In this document: positions 1 through 11,274 of the stretch, piece by piece
Layout: every line of letters starts with the position of its first letter
Position numbering within the stretch: the first letter of the stretch is position 1
Source of the DNA: an uncultured Methanosarcinaceae archaeon
GTDB taxonomy: Archaea > Halobacteriota > Methanosarcinia > Methanosarcinales > Methanosarcinaceae
Length of the DNA: 64,000 nucleotides
Direction of reading: 5' to 3'
Assembly (NCBI GenBank): GCA_963727895.1
Contig: CAVSHT010000004.1
Location: 256,001 to 320,000 of the forward strand
The notes under the pieces: model-generated
Database searches by the model: none
Seen by the model: the letters and a program-made list of their open reading frames with translations, nothing else
Told to the model about the DNA's origin: nothing
Made by a program: the position numbers and the translations under genes

Positions 1-405
1 ACGGTCACAGGTTATTTGTGACTCACTCACTCCTATAACGAGATCAATTGTTAAAAATTTCGTAATGTAATTTTTAAGAGCAATATATAAGTTTTTCCTT
101 CTTGTATTAATGAATTTATTTAAATGTTAAGATGTTCATATTAATAAATGTTTGTGTAAAAACTATGAATTTCTGCCGAAAGAAGAATAACTTCCGTATA
201 TATTTCCAAGACCCAGAAGAAAACTTATAAAAAGAATGTAAAAAAGGCATTTCAGGCTTTTATATGGCAGCAGATCACTACTTCTTTTACTCCAAGATAG
301 CATTCAAAAAATTAATCAGTTTGTGATCTCTGGTTGCAAAGTATAATTTGTTTATATACAAATGGCAATATAAAATAAATTTGGATTAAAAAGGAGATGT
401 ATAGC

Positions 406-1500
406 ATGGTAAGTGAAATGACTCCAGCCCGAAGAGTTCTGGCAGCAGTGCTTGGAGGCAGGGTTGACTATGTCCCCCCTGCAAATCCCCTCGCTCAGAC
501 CACACCAGAATTGATGCAAGTATGCAATGCTTCCTGGCCAAAAGCTCACTTTGACAGCAAGATGATGGCAGACCTTGCTGCCGCCCCCTATGAAGTTTGC
601 GGCATTGAGGCTGCCCGTCCCCAATTTGATATTTATCTCGAAGCGGAGGTTCTTGGGTGCAAACTTGACTGGAAGAAACCAGACAGACCTCCTGTAATTG
701 GCCCTGTTTATACGGATCCTGCCGATGTAATCTGGCCTGATAACTTGGAAGAAACCGGAAGGATTCCAGTGGTGCTTGGAGCAATCGAAGAACTGAGAAA
801 ACGCTATGACGGCGTGCTTCCTATTATTCCAGTACTTACATCTCCCTTTACGGTAGCAGGTCACATCGCAGGCGTTGAAAATATGGCTCGGTGGACAAAG
901 ACTGACCCAGAAAAAGCTCACGCTTTCATTGAAGCAGCAACTGATTTCGTCATAGCTTACGGGAAATTGCAGACTGTCTACGGAGCACATGTTATCTTTC
1001 TGGCTGATCCTTCGGCTTCCGGCGATTTGATTTCTGCGGAAACATACAGGGAATTTATACTTCCGTCTCACCAAAAAATAGCAAAGGAAATTAGCTGTCC
1101 CCAGATCCTGCACATCTGCGGGGATACCAGTAAGCTCCTGCCTTACATAAAGCAAAGCGGAATTGACTGTTTTTCCTTTGATGAGGTTCCGGTATGGTAT
1201 TGTCGTCGGGTAGTTGGCAACGATATGTCCATTCTAGGAAGCCTGGATGTCATAGATCTGATGCCAAACGGGACCCCAGAACAAGTTTATAACATAACCA
1301 GAGAATGCATTCTCCAAGGAGCTGATATCGTCGGGACTTCATGTGGTGTCTCATTTGGAACCTCTCTAGAAAATCTCAGCGCATATGTCAGGGCCTGCAA
1401 GGAGACTCCAATTCCCAAGTACGACGACGTAGAAGATCTTATCAGGCAGATAGGAGTCGGAATTGGAAGAAATATGAGAGAAAACGCGCTGGGGGGATGA
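406..1500 (+). CDS. mtsA: Methylated-thiol:coenzyme M methyltransferase, MtaA/UroD-family subunit
   Basis: N-terminus [31 protein letters not shown] matches my recollection of M. barkeri MtsA; Zn-binding ILHICG motif; AAGGAG RBS at 391-396 favours ATG 406 over 397; followed by a corrinoid protein. Confidence 0.92.
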   Translation: MVSEMTPARRVLAAVLGGRVDYVPPANPLAQTTPELMQVCNASWPKAHFDSKMMADLAAAPYEVCGIEAARPQFDIYLEAEVLGCKLDWKKPDRPPVIGPVYTDPADVIWPDNLEETGRIPVVLGAIEELRKRYDGVLPIIPVLTSPFTVAGHIAGVENMARWTKTDPEKAHAFIEAATDFVIAYGKLQTVYGAHVIFLADPSASGDLISAETYREFILPSHQKIAKEISCPQILHICGDTSKLLPYIKQSGIDCFSFDEVPVWYCRRVVGNDMSILGSLDVIDLMPNGTPEQVYNITRECILQGADIVGTSCGVSFGTSLENLSAYVRACKETPIPKYDDVEDLIRQIGVGIGRNMRENALGG

Positions 1501-1504
1501 AAGA

Positions 1505-2332
1505 ATGATTAGGCATATTGACATTGCAGTTCAGAGAATACTCGAGATGAAAGAAAAAGAACCTGCAAAGTTTAAAAAACTAATTGACGAAGGGATCATG
1601 ATCGGCCTGGGAGTAGATCTTGGAGATAAAAACAAAGAAATGACCCCTGCCAACCAGATAAAGAAACAGAATAAGCCAAAAGATCCCGAATATACAGCCG
1701 TGGCAGAAGCAGTTATCGAGGGAAACAGTGCAGACGCAGTGAAACTCACAGCTGCCCTGCTTGAAGAAGGAAGAGACCCAACAGATGTGGTTTTAAATGC
1801 TCTTATGCCCGGAATTCAGACTGTATGTGAGCTTTACGACATAGGGGAAAGCTATGTGCCGGAAATTCTACTGGCTAATGAAGCCCTTGTAGGAGGAGTG
1901 GAACTCTGCCAAGAAAGAGTTGGAGAAATGCCCTCTAAGGGAAGAGTTGTGTCTCTTGTTATTGAAGGAGATGTGCATGACATAGGCAAGAACATTGTAG
2001 CCGCTATCCTTAGAGCAAATGGTTTCGAAGTAGTTGATCTTGGAAAAGATATAACAGTGGAAGAAGCCGTTAGAGCCGTAAGAGCTGCAAATGCTGACCT
2101 GGTTACCGGTACAACTCTAATGAGTACAACCAAAGAAGGTCTTAAAGATCTTGCAGAGGTTCTTGACTCTGAAGACGTTCCCGTAGCCTGTGGCGGGGCT
2201 GCTATAGACAGACGTTTTGTTGAGACTTTTGGCAATTCAGTTTATGGAAAAACACCACTTGATGCGGTAAAAATCGCAAAGAAGATCTGTGCAGGAAAGA
2301 ACTGGAAAGAAGTCCGTAAGGAGCTTCACTGA
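1505..2332 (+). CDS. mtsB: Methylated-thiol corrinoid protein
   Basis: B12-binding motif [12 protein letters not shown]-terminus [22 protein letters not shown] as in MtsB; 4 nt downstream of mtsA. Confidence 0.92.
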   Translation: MIRHIDIAVQRILEMKEKEPAKFKKLIDEGIMIGLGVDLGDKNKEMTPANQIKKQNKPKDPEYTAVAEAVIEGNSADAVKLTAALLEEGRDPTDVVLNALMPGIQTVCELYDIGESYVPEILLANEALVGGVELCQERVGEMPSKGRVVSLVIEGDVHDIGKNIVAAILRANGFEVVDLGKDITVEEAVRAVRAANADLVTGTTLMSTTKEGLKDLAEVLDSEDVPVACGGAAIDRRFVETFGNSVYGKTPLDAVKIAKKICAGKNWKEVRKELH

Positions 2333-2416
2333 TTCTACTTGACTATTTTATTTCATTTTATTTTTATATCATATTAGATTGTATCTCTTTTTCATTTATT
2401 GTTTCATTTATTGAAT

Positions 2417-2599
2417 GAGCCTATCCCAAAACTTGATTTAATCTAATTATTGCTGCTAATATTACAACTCCAAAGTATGATATTTCTTTGATTTCATACC
2501 TTGGAAAATTTAAGGCAGGTTTCTGGTGTAAAATTGATCGTTTTCAAGCAAGAAAACTTCTTAACTGATAACCGCTGGAGAAATCTAAATTTGAATTTT
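2417..2599. mobile_element. Degenerate IS5-derived MITE lacking its right terminal repeat
   Basis: Starts GAGCCTATCCCAAAA, identical to the left TIR of the 52288-52417 MITE; similarity continues for ~38 bp and again near the end (AAATTTGAATTTT vs AAATTTTGAGTTTT). Confidence 0.55.
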
Positions 2600-2718
2600 A
2601 TATTAACTATAAAAGACTTAACCAAACTCTAAATGATCATGGACTGCAATAAATCAATATTTAAAAGAAAGACGGAATTTAAAAAGACCGAAATAGCTGG
2701 AAAGGTAAAAATACATTA

Positions 2719-3457
2719 GGTATTGTTACTTAACTATATCTAGTTCTTTATTTCTGTATTTCATCAATAGAATAACCGAGTACTTTAGCATTTCAAGACT
2801 TTTTTATAACACTTTGTCTTTCTTCTCAACCTTGCCAAAAAGTGCCTCAATATGCTGTTATATCCTTCAACAGTATACGTTTCTGCTTTGGATTGAGTAT
2901 GGATCTTTTCTGAAATAAACTCTGCATATGCCCTCCAGTGATCGGTCATCACTTCTCCAATCTCTTTTTTCTTCAATTTTTTTCAGAGTAGTTTTCCAGT
3001 TTCCGTTCCTCTGCTACCAAAAGAGCAGTTGATGAACTTTTTCCCAACTCTATCAACAGCAATCCAGATCCAGCAATATTTTTTTTGTTACCGATGTGAG
3101 TGTGCATTTTATCCATTTCAACAATAGATATCTCATTTTCACTTTTTAGGTTCTCTCACTCCTGACCAAATTTCTTTATCAATTTTTGGACAGAAACATG
3201 ACTTACCCCTAAAACTCGTCCTATTGAGCGAAAGCCCAATCCTCCAAGGTAAAGTTGTAAAGCCTGTCTTTTTACAGAAGCGGAAAAAGCAGTTGATTTT
3301 AGCTCTACTGTATAGTTATAGCCACAATCAGAGCATTTGTACCGTTGACGTCCGCCAACTATACCATTCTTTTTGTAATTAGAACTATTGCATCTGGGGC
3401 AGTTCATGCAGAAATATATGTTATAAGCATATATATCTATTTTTGTGTACCAATGCC
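2719..3457 (-). mobile_element. IS1-family element (~740 bp), inactive copy
   Basis: Ends GGTATTGTTAC...GTACCAATGCC; InsA-like zinc finger MNCPRC...YKCSDC and InsB-like DDE fragments; premature TGA after KFGQE; flanks do not form a target duplication. Confidence 0.93.
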
Positions 3458-3502
3458 CAATTATAAAAAGGCAGAAAATATTTCTGCCAGCACTTTTTTG
3501 GC

Positions 3503-5158
3503 TTATTCATCTGTAAAAAGCTCAACAAACTCGAATTTTGTCACATCAAACAGGCCTTTATCTCCTAATTTAAGTTCGGGAATTACAAGGAGCGACATAA
3601 ATGAAAGCGTCATAAAAGGCGACATAAATGAAGTTCCCAGTTTCCGAGCTTCTTTATTCAATTGCTGGTACCTTATAGCTACTTCTTTTCCGTCCAGAGT
3701 GCTCATAAGGCCTGAAACCTCTAGTGGAAGATCAAGTAGACTATCTGCGGTTCCAACAACGATTCCTCCTTTATTCTCCACCAGCCTATTGACAGCCCTA
3801 ACGATGTCTTCATCCGTTGCTCCAACTGCAATTATATTGTGACTATCATGAGCAATGCTGCTTGCAATAGCCCCTTTTTTCAGGCCAATATTCTTTATGA
3901 AACCGATCTGGACAGGGTCATCAGCATACCGGCTCAGGACAACCATTTTCAAAATATCTCGAGTGGGATCTGAAACAAGGTTTCCATTTTCTATCTTTGG
4001 AATTGTCAATTCCTGACCTGTGACCAGTTCCCCCTCCTGAGCAATAATTACTCGGATTTTTTTCTTCAGTTCCTCATTATTACCCGAAACAGGCACACTT
4101 AGTTTTACATCATCAAGTGAGATCTTACGTCTGTTGAATACATTTTTTGCAGGGGCTTTTTCAACTGAAAAAAGAACTTTTCCGTTATTGTAAACACAAT
4201 TTCCATCAATAAAGGTCTTCAGCACTTTGAAAGTTTTCAGGTCATCTACAATAATAAAATCAGCAGGGTCTCCTTCTCGCAACATTCCGACATTAAGCTC
4301 ATAATGTTCCACTGAATTGATCACTGCTGCTCCGATGAGATTATATATATCAAGTCCTTTTTCCTGCCCGCGCCTGAGAAACTTATCGATATGTCCCTCA
4401 TATATCAAGGTATCAGGGTGAGAATCATCAGTGCAGAGCATTACTGATTCGGGATATTCGTCTATCAACCGGTACAGTGTCTCAAAATTCCGAGCTGAAC
4501 TTCCCTCCCGGATCAGTATCTTCATCCCGATATTTATTTTCTCAACCGCTTCCTCATAAGAAAAAGATTCGTGGTCTGTGGAAATTCCTGAACCCACGTA
4601 TTTCTGGAGATCTTCTCCCTTCAAACCGGGCGCGTGCCCATCTATATTTTTGCCGTATTTTTTCGCGGATTCTAGTTTTGCCATTACCTCAGGAAATTCC
4701 ATGATCACTCCAGGGAAATTCATCATTTCTGAAAGGTAATACAGATCATCCCTTGCCAGCAACCGGTCAACAGTCTCGGCATCCAGCACCGCTCCTGCGG
4801 ATTCAAAGGGCGTGGACGGCACACACGATGGTACTCCAAAAAATACCTTTAGAGGAGCTTTTTTAGAATCCTCAAGCATGTACTCAATGCCTTCTTCTCC
4901 CATGACGTTTGCAATCTCATGAGGATCGCTAACAACTGCAACCGTACCTCTTGAAATTGCCATCCGAGCAAAAACCGAAGGTACGGTCATTGAACTTTCT
5001 ATATGTACATGCGCGTCTATAAGTCCTGGAAGAATATACTGCTCTTTATCGTGCTCCTTCTCTTTGATACTTATGATCTTCCCATTTTCAATGGCAATTT
5101 CGCCTTTAAACTTCCGCTTGGAAATAGCATCAACAATGATCCCCTGATAAGTTTGCAT
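3503..5158 (-). CDS. ade: Adenine deaminase
   Basis: PGLIDAHVHIESS, SDPHEIANV, IREGS, CTDD and AHDSHN motifs; 551 aa. Confidence 0.95.
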   Translation of the reverse strand: MQTYQGIIVDAISKRKFKGEIAIENGKIISIKEKEHDKEQYILPGLIDAHVHIESSMTVPSVFARMAISRGTVAVVSDPHEIANVMGEEGIEYMLEDSKKAPLKVFFGVPSCVPSTPFESAGAVLDAETVDRLLARDDLYYLSEMMNFPGVIMEFPEVMAKLESAKKYGKNIDGHAPGLKGEDLQKYVGSGISTDHESFSYEEAVEKINIGMKILIREGSSARNFETLYRLIDEYPESVMLCTDDSHPDTLIYEGHIDKFLRRGQEKGLDIYNLIGAAVINSVEHYELNVGMLREGDPADFIIVDDLKTFKVLKTFIDGNCVYNNGKVLFSVEKAPAKNVFNRRKISLDDVKLSVPVSGNNEELKKKIRVIIAQEGELVTGQELTIPKIENGNLVSDPTRDILKMVVLSRYADDPVQIGFIKNIGLKKGAIASSIAHDSHNIIAVGATDEDIVRAVNRLVENKGGIVVGTADSLLDLPLEVSGLMSTLDGKEVAIRYQQLNKEARKLGTSFMSPFMTLSFMSLLVIPELKLGDKGLFDVTKFEFVELFTDE

Positions 5159-5322
5159 AGTAGTTCATTGCAGCCATAAATTTATAAATATTTTCAAATA
5201 AGTTAATGCGGGCATTTATTAATGTTTTGAAAATTGTGGAAGAAAATGAGAAGAATGAAAACGAAAAAGATGGAGAACAACTATTTCTTATGATTGACAA
5301 ATAAGACTACAAAAAAGAAACA

Positions 5323-5395
5323 TAGCCCGGCACGGATTCGAACCGAGGTTGCAGGATCCAGAGTCCCACATGATTGACCACTACACTACCGGGCT
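5323..5395 (-). tRNA. tRNA-Gln (CTG)
   Basis: Reverse strand AGCCCGGTAGTGTAGTGGTCAATCATGTGGGACT-CTG-GATCCTGCAACCTCGGTTCGAATCCGTGCCGGGCTA: 7-bp acceptor stem with A1-U72, TTCGAAT T-loop, no encoded CCA. Confidence 0.95.
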
Positions 5396-5470
5396 TCAAT
5401 GATTTTTAGCTATTAGGCGCATTTCTTTTGGCTTTAGACACGCTTTAAGCGTATCTTCTAAATGAAGATT

Positions 5471-5489
5471 TCATATAAAAATCTTTCGG
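5471..5489 (-). promoter_or_regulatory. Archaeal BRE/TATA promoter, probably for tRNA-Gln
   Basis: Reverse strand CCGAAAGATTTTTATATGA: purine-rich BRE followed by TTTATATG, ~75 nt upstream of the mature tRNA. Confidence 0.6.
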
Positions 5490-5648
5490 CTAAAAACATA
5501 CTGAGTGTTAAAATTAGGTAAAAGTATAGAATATTTACAGGAGTAACGAGTTAATCTAAAAAAGAAAAACACTTTTTCCAGCTTTACAAATTTTTAAGTA
5601 AAAACAGAATATAGAAAATTTCTACAAAGCCAAAAAAGAATTACGTTT

Positions 5649-6050
5649 TTACAAGTTTTCCTCAGGTTGATTTAAAATTGCAGTCCACCACCAACGAGCC
5701 ATATCTAAAAGGTCTTTTGAGAACTGACCTGAAAGTTTATATTCTCTATTTTTTATTGAGATCATACCTGCTCCAAGAAGTTTGTTACGCATTGCATAAA
5801 ATGAGGCACGACCTATTTGGAGTTCCTCTAAAAGAGTCTCCCATTCATCAGTTCGGATCGCATTTCCTCCAGCTTGACGCTCTTCTATTAGCGTCAGGAA
5901 CTTGCGACCTCTGATAGCAGTGGCATCTTCTTGAAAAATGCGCCGCATAAGGGTATAATATGGATCCCTTGAATGGCTTATGCGGGTATTGGCATCCGAT
6001 CTTACTACAATAGTCGTTGCTGTTTTTGGTGCATCTTTTACGAGCGACAT
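5649..6050 (-). CDS. Hypothetical protein, possible winged-helix domain
   Basis: 133-aa [34 protein letters not shown] resembles an HTH plus wing; co-oriented with the upstream gene. Confidence 0.7.
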   Translation of the reverse strand: MSLVKDAPKTATTIVVRSDANTRISHSRDPYYTLMRRIFQEDATAIRGRKFLTLIEERQAGGNAIRTDEWETLLEELQIGRASFYAMRNKLLGAGMISIKNREYKLSGQFSKDLLDMARWWWTAILNQPEENL

Positions 6051-6082
6051 TGTCCATCAGGCATGTTTATATGTTAATATCC

Positions 6083-6409
6083 TTAAGTTTTAAACTCAAC
6101 AGGTGTCTGTGAGGTTACAATCTTCATAAGTATGTCCATATACTCTTCTCTTAGAAAGTAAACCATTGGGGTTTTATAAGACTCTTTATGTGCCCTTAAA
6201 ATTCCAAGCTTCGAATGGATATACCCTACCATGGATGCGACAGTGTTCCTCGATACATTATACTTACTTGTAAGCATTTCATGCAGCTCGTCAATAGTCG
6301 CTTTTTTTACTTTTATAAAAATACATAGGATTGCCCTTCGATATCCACTGGAATCAACCTCTACAAATTTCTCTAATCTTGATTTAATTTTCGCTCGGAT
6401 GGATACCAT
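6083..6409 (-). CDS. DUF2551-like protein (putative DNA-binding)
   Basis: RLEKFVEVDSSGYRR and VASMVGYIHSKLGIL motifs; AGGTGG RBS. Confidence 0.75.
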   Translation of the reverse strand: MVSIRAKIKSRLEKFVEVDSSGYRRAILCIFIKVKKATIDELHEMLTSKYNVSRNTVASMVGYIHSKLGILRAHKESYKTPMVYFLREEYMDILMKIVTSQTPVEFKT

Positions 6410-6881
6410 TGATTACCACCTTTACTGATGTAGTAAACTATGTGAGTTATAACTCTATATATAGATTTTTAAATTTATTCGTCCTGATGGAATGGATACA
6501 GAAAATTTATATCCATCAAATAATTTTGCTTTAATTCAAAGCCCGTTTCTTTCTATATATATATATTCTTCTTCTAATATATCGTTTTTTGTGTCTTATT
6601 TCTTGGATCTTTGTCCATATGTTTTATGGACTTTTTAATATTAAACATTAAAATTTTATATTTTTATTTTTACCTATTTTTCATAAATATATTGTAGCTA
6701 TTCAAATTGAAAAAAACTTGTCCTGAGAGGAAATTTCGTTAAAGGACTTATTAAATATATTTATTTAACCACGTTATAAGTGCCTTACTTCAATATATTA
6801 AGTTTTCGTTCAGCCCCTATAGGTGTCCAGTTTTACTTATTATAAGCTTCATCTAATACTTTGTTTCTTCCTATTCATAGC

Positions 6882-7396
6882 ATGGCGTTTTTGTTATTGA
6901 GTCCTCTGGTGAAGCCTGCAATAGAAGGCATCAGAATTCCAAGAATTATTACGTAGTTCTTAAGGAACCCCTAATTCTAGATGGAATGTCTTATCTCAGA
7001 ATGCACATCCATGGAAACTAGGGATTCAGGTTTCTCAAGTGCTGTCTGTCTCTGTGAGTTTAAGGCTTCTTATGATCCCTATTCTCTCAAAGTTCTCTTT
7101 TCTGCAGAATTAGAATATCTGCATCATGGTAATTTTCCATACAATTCTGACACACTGGAGTGGCCTGTAAGAAAGGCGACTAATGTAATAAGAGAAGAAA
7201 TGAATACAGGAAAAGGCATCGTTGTTTATTGCGTGGAAGGTATAAGCAGAACAGGGACAGTTCTTGAACGTATACTCAAGGATCTTGGTTTTCAGGCTGA
7301 TGAGGTAATAAATTATCTTGAAAAATAAACAAGCTAAGAGGTTTTAAAGGATGGCCTGAGACGGAATGTCAAGCAGAAATGATACGTAGATATTGA
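6882..7396 (+). pseudogene. Dual-specificity/tyrosine phosphatase-like pseudogene
   Basis: Degenerate CX5R loop (VVYCVEGISRTG); C-terminal INKLRGFKGWPETECQAEMIRRY lies in another frame after the A5 run at 7321-7325; further frameshifts near the 5' end. Confidence 0.7.
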
Positions 7397-7578
7397 AGTG
7401 ATTTGAAATTTATTAATATCTGAAATGCTTTGAAATTTATTAATATCTCTGGATAACTTTCTGGGAAATAGAATTTTTCGTAATAAATATAAGGTGTACA
7501 GTTGTATATTTAAAAGGGGAAGAATCTGCATTTAGTAGAAATTTATTAAATTTAAAATATTTTTTAAGGGGGTTTAGC

Positions 7579-8941
7579 TTGAAATTTGAACGTATTAAAT
7601 CAGAAGGTCTGGCGCATCTTTCTTATTTCATTGGCTCGGAAGATGAAGCCATAGTTATCGATTCTCGAAGAGACTGTCAGGTCTATGTTGATCTTGCCAG
7701 AAGAGAGGGTATGAATATAATATATATTTTTGAGACTCACAGAAACGAGGACTATGTAATTGGTTCCCCGGAACTGAAAAAGCTTACAGCTGCAGAGATT
7801 TATCATGGTGAGGGAATAGATTTCAAGTATGGAAGTTATTTGAAAGAGGGACAGGAATTTAATTTTAGCTCTATGAAGTTGACTACTTTATATACTCCGG
7901 GTCATACTGATGAAAGCGTGTCCTATACACTGACAGACCTTGATACAGGAAAAGATCCAATAATGGTCTTTACAGGGGATGCACTGTTTTCATAGGCGAC
8001 TCCGGAAGAACCGATCTCTATGGTCCAGAAGAAGCTCCAAGGCTTGCAGCAAACCTCTATGACAGCATTTTTAACAAAATCCTTCCTTTGAGAGACGGAG
8101 TAATATTATGTCCTGCACATGGTTCAGGTTCAGTTTGTGGGGGAGCTATCGCCAAAAGGAACCACAGTACTTTTGGACTTGAACGTATCCAGAATCCTGT
8201 TTTGCAAAAAACTGACAAGAACGAATTTATCAGGTTCAAGCTTGAAGAGCAGCTTGAGTTTCCTCCTTATTTTAAAAAATGGAGCAGTATAACAGGCAAG
8301 GACCCCCTCTGCTCAAAGGTCTTCCAGTTCCAAAGATGCTTTCACCCGAGGAGTTCAGGGCAGAAATAGAAAAAGGGGCAGTGATATTGGATACACGCAT
8401 GCCTCATTCCTTTGGAGGAGCACATATAAAAAATAGCTACAGCATCTGGTTAGGAGGAATACCTTCCTTTGCCGGCTGGGTGCTTCCTTATGATAAACCC
8501 ATACTTCTCGTGCTGGAAGAAAAAGAGCAACTTGAAACTGCTGTAAGGTATCTGGTCCGCCTTGGTTATGACAATATCGTGGGGTTTTTAAACGGTGGAA
8601 TTGCAGCTTGGTATATGAAGGCCTTACCTGTAGACGAATTCAACCTTATATCTGTTCATAGTTTGAAGAATAAATTGGAGAATAAGGAGAATATAACACT
8701 TCTGGATGTAAGGAAGAAGAAAGAATGGAAAGAAGGGCACATTGAAGGAGCTAAAAATATTTATGTTGGCGAGCTTGAAGAAAATATAGTCCCAAAAGAG
8801 TTTCCGTTAATTGTTTATTGTGATAGTTCCCGACGTTCAGGAATTGCAGCCTCAATTTTAAAAAAGCATGGTTATAATGTATATAATGTGCTTGGAAGCA
8901 TGACTGCATGGAAAAATGCCGGATATGACATCGTAAAATAA
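7579..8941 (+). pseudogene. MBL-fold hydrolase-rhodanese fusion, split by two frameshifts
   Basis: ETHRNEDY, TPGHT, FTGDALF, PAHG motifs followed by two rhodanese domains; frame breaks at ~7990 and ~8279. Confidence 0.88.
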
Positions 8942-9016
8942 CCTTATTTTTGATCAAACGCATATTTATAAATTAGTTCAGAAATCTTTATATGCTCTCT
9001 CTTTTTTTACTTTATC

Positions 9017-10201
9017 ATGATTTTACATGTTCCTCGCGTTCTTCTTCCAAAGAACAATTGGGAAAAGTGGGCAGTAATTGCCTGTGATCAGCACACTCAG
9101 GATCTGAAATACTGGAAAAGGGTTGAAGAATTTGTTGGAAACACTCCTTCTACTTATAATCTAATTTATCCGGAAATATATCTGCCTTTAGAGGAAAATA
9201 GAGTAAATAAAATTCACAAAAATCTAAGTGACTACAAAGAATTCCTTGTTGACTATGGTCCCTGCTTTATTTTCGTAAAGCGTTTGGTTTCAGGCAAGGA
9301 AAGAATAGGTCTCGTAGTTGCGGTCGATTTGGAAGAATATCAGTTCGACGGATCCGATTCATTCATCAAGCCAACTGAAGGAACTATTAAAGAAAGACTT
9401 CCAGCAAGAGTCAGGATAAGAGAAAATGCAGAATTGGAACTTTCCCACATTTTAGTATTATACAATGATCCTGATTTCCAAGTTATTTCCCAAAATCCGG
9501 AAGACCTTATTTGTGAAGAAAATAAGGTTTATGATTTTGATCTGATGGAAAATGGCGGTCACATCATAGGTTACAAGATCAGTAATGAACAAGTAATTAC
9601 TGAAATATCGGATAAAATTCAGAACCTTGGACCCCTTCTTGTAGGGGATGGAAATCACAGTCTTGCTGCTGCAAAGAGTTTCTGGGAACAAATTAAAGGG
9701 ACTGTGAAGGCTGACCATCCTGCAAGGTATGTAATGGTTGAGCTTGTCAATGTTCACGACCCTGGACTTTCCTTTGAACCGATTCATCGGGTTGTAAGTG
9801 GAATTGAGCCTGAAGAGCTGCTCAAAAAATTCAATGCAAGGATTGAAGAAACCAATATCTGCTTTTCAAATGCCGATTTTCCCGCTACAAATCATTCAAT
9901 AGGGTTTGTTACAGCAAATAAATGTGGTGTGTTGGTTTTTGAGAATCCCATGCATGATCTTGAAGTCGAAACTCTTGACGAGATTATTGATAATTATTCA
10001 GTTGACTACGAGCATGATCCTGATGTCGTAGAAAAACTTGCAAAAAAACAGGGTAACATTGGTTTTTTCCTTCCTCCTTTAAAAAAGAGCAATTTTTTTA
10101 CCCTTATAAAAAAGAAAGGTATTCTTCCAAGAAAATCATTTTCCCTTGGAAAGGAAAACGAAAAAAGATATTATATAGAGGCTCGAAAGATTATTCCGTA
10201 A
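9017..10201 (+). CDS. DUF1015 family protein
   Basis: KWAVIACDQ, TEGTIKERLPARVRIR, VGDGNHSLAAAK and LPRKSFS motifs. Confidence 0.85.
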   Translation: MILHVPRVLLPKNNWEKWAVIACDQHTQDLKYWKRVEEFVGNTPSTYNLIYPEIYLPLEENRVNKIHKNLSDYKEFLVDYGPCFIFVKRLVSGKERIGLVVAVDLEEYQFDGSDSFIKPTEGTIKERLPARVRIRENAELELSHILVLYNDPDFQVISQNPEDLICEENKVYDFDLMENGGHIIGYKISNEQVITEISDKIQNLGPLLVGDGNHSLAAAKSFWEQIKGTVKADHPARYVMVELVNVHDPGLSFEPIHRVVSGIEPEELLKKFNARIEETNICFSNADFPATNHSIGFVTANKCGVLVFENPMHDLEVETLDEIIDNYSVDYEHDPDVVEKLAKKQGNIGFFLPPLKKSNFFTLIKKKGILPRKSFSLGKENEKRYYIEARKIIP

Positions 10202-10351
10202 AACTTATGGAGATTTATAAGTTATTTTCTAATGGTTGGTTGGCACCCAATCTTGATTTGTCTTTTGAAGATGAAAAAGATACAAAAAAGGTTCGAATTC
10301 TTAATTATATAAATCATTATATGTTTGAATATTATTAGACCGTTGAGTATT

Positions 10352-10639
10352 TTACCCCTCACTCAACAGCCAGCTTGTTAAGAAACTTTGTAAAGAAGTT
10401 ATAGTAGATGTTTTTTTAACTCGCATCGAGCCCTTGCTAGCAGTGCCTGTAAATTCATATTCTATCCACTTGCATTCTATTCCAAAATGCTCACACAGCA
10501 GCTTTTGTAACTAGCTCGACTGATGTAGATTATATGTTTGTTCTTTTAATATAATTATTTCAAACCCCGGATCAATGTATGTAGATATGCAATTATTCTT
10601 TTTACTTATCAGGCTGATCCAAGAGTTGCTCAAGCTCAT
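10352..10639 (-). pseudogene. Small ORF (96 codons) with one in-frame TAG; possible second RHH-like protein
   Basis: Hand translation MSLSNSWISLISKKNNCISTYIDPGFEIIILKEQTYNLHQSS*LQKLLCEHFGIECKWIEYEF...LLSEG; TAG at 10511-10513; overlaps the 3' end of the RHH gene. Confidence 0.35.
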
Positions 10640-10814
10640 ATATTTCTTTAATTTGCTCCCTGCTCTTTTGTGGTGGGATATAATTAAGTCTCGAATATAA
10701 TATTTCTCTAATTATGTCAGACCTGCTACAATTTCTTGCGTGAGCCATTGAGTTGATAAGAGGAATGAGATGTTCATCAATATATGGCGTTCTATAAAGA
10801 TTCAGTATTGTCAT
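10602..10814 (-). CDS. Ribbon-helix-helix (CopG-like) DNA-binding protein
   Basis: YIDEHLIPLINSMAHARNCSRSDIIREIL fits the RHH strand-helix-SRSxxIR-helix pattern. Confidence 0.65.
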   Translation of the reverse strand: MTILNLYRTPYIDEHLIPLINSMAHARNCSRSDIIREILYSRLNYIPPQKSREQIKEIYELEQLLDQPDK

Positions 10815-11153
10815 ATTGACTATGTATATGTTTGATCTAATATGTATATTTGGTTGAATCTAAATTTAAGATATATAATCCATAGTTTACTATAGCTCAG
10901 AACCAAAATGAAAATTCGGCACTCATCGAGGATATGCTTGTTACTGGAGCTTTCGTAGAGCCTCCACAACATGATATCAGGATCTTGGATATACACAAAT
11001 ATCGCTGAAAACGCTCAAAATATCCTCAAAATCCTCAAAAATCATCGCCGTTTTCCAGAACCGCAGAATGATCTGAGCAGCGCCTCTCGCAAATATAAAA
11101 TAAAGAGGTTTTTTGTGGAATCGATAGATAGTTACAATAATCATACTCATTAA

Positions 11154-11274
11154 GAGCCTATCCGAAAAGTCCTGCTGCCCTGAATATTATCCATGCACAT
11201 GCAAAATGAAGCATAGCAAGGTAATTCTCCATTTTCTTTTCCCATCTTATCAGCGGTCTTCTGAATCTGTTCAT
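11154..11274 (-). mobile_element. IS5-family transposase 3' end with terminal inverted repeat (remnant)
   Basis: Reverse strand reads MNRFRRPLIRWEKKMENYLAMLHFACAWIIFRAAGLFG*, ending inside the TIR GAGCCTATCCGAAAA. Confidence 0.8.

Noticed and set aside
315..327. ATCA-N5-TGAT palindrome upstream of mtsA as an activator site
   Set aside because: Too short to be significant in AT-rich DNA, and the spacing does not fit the mts promoter motif as I recall it.
352..1155. 267-aa reverse-strand ORF and similar long antisense ORFs (28736-29242, 53140-53517, 59198-59776)
   Set aside because: Shadows of well-supported genes on the opposite strand, with no motifs of their own.
5323..5395. tRNA-Gln as an integration site
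   Set aside because: No duplicated tRNA 3' end or integrase seen in the window.
7993..7995. Pyrrolysine read-through of the TAG ending the first MBL fragment
   Set aside because: The conserved continuation (IGDSGRTDL) is in another frame, so this is a frameshift.
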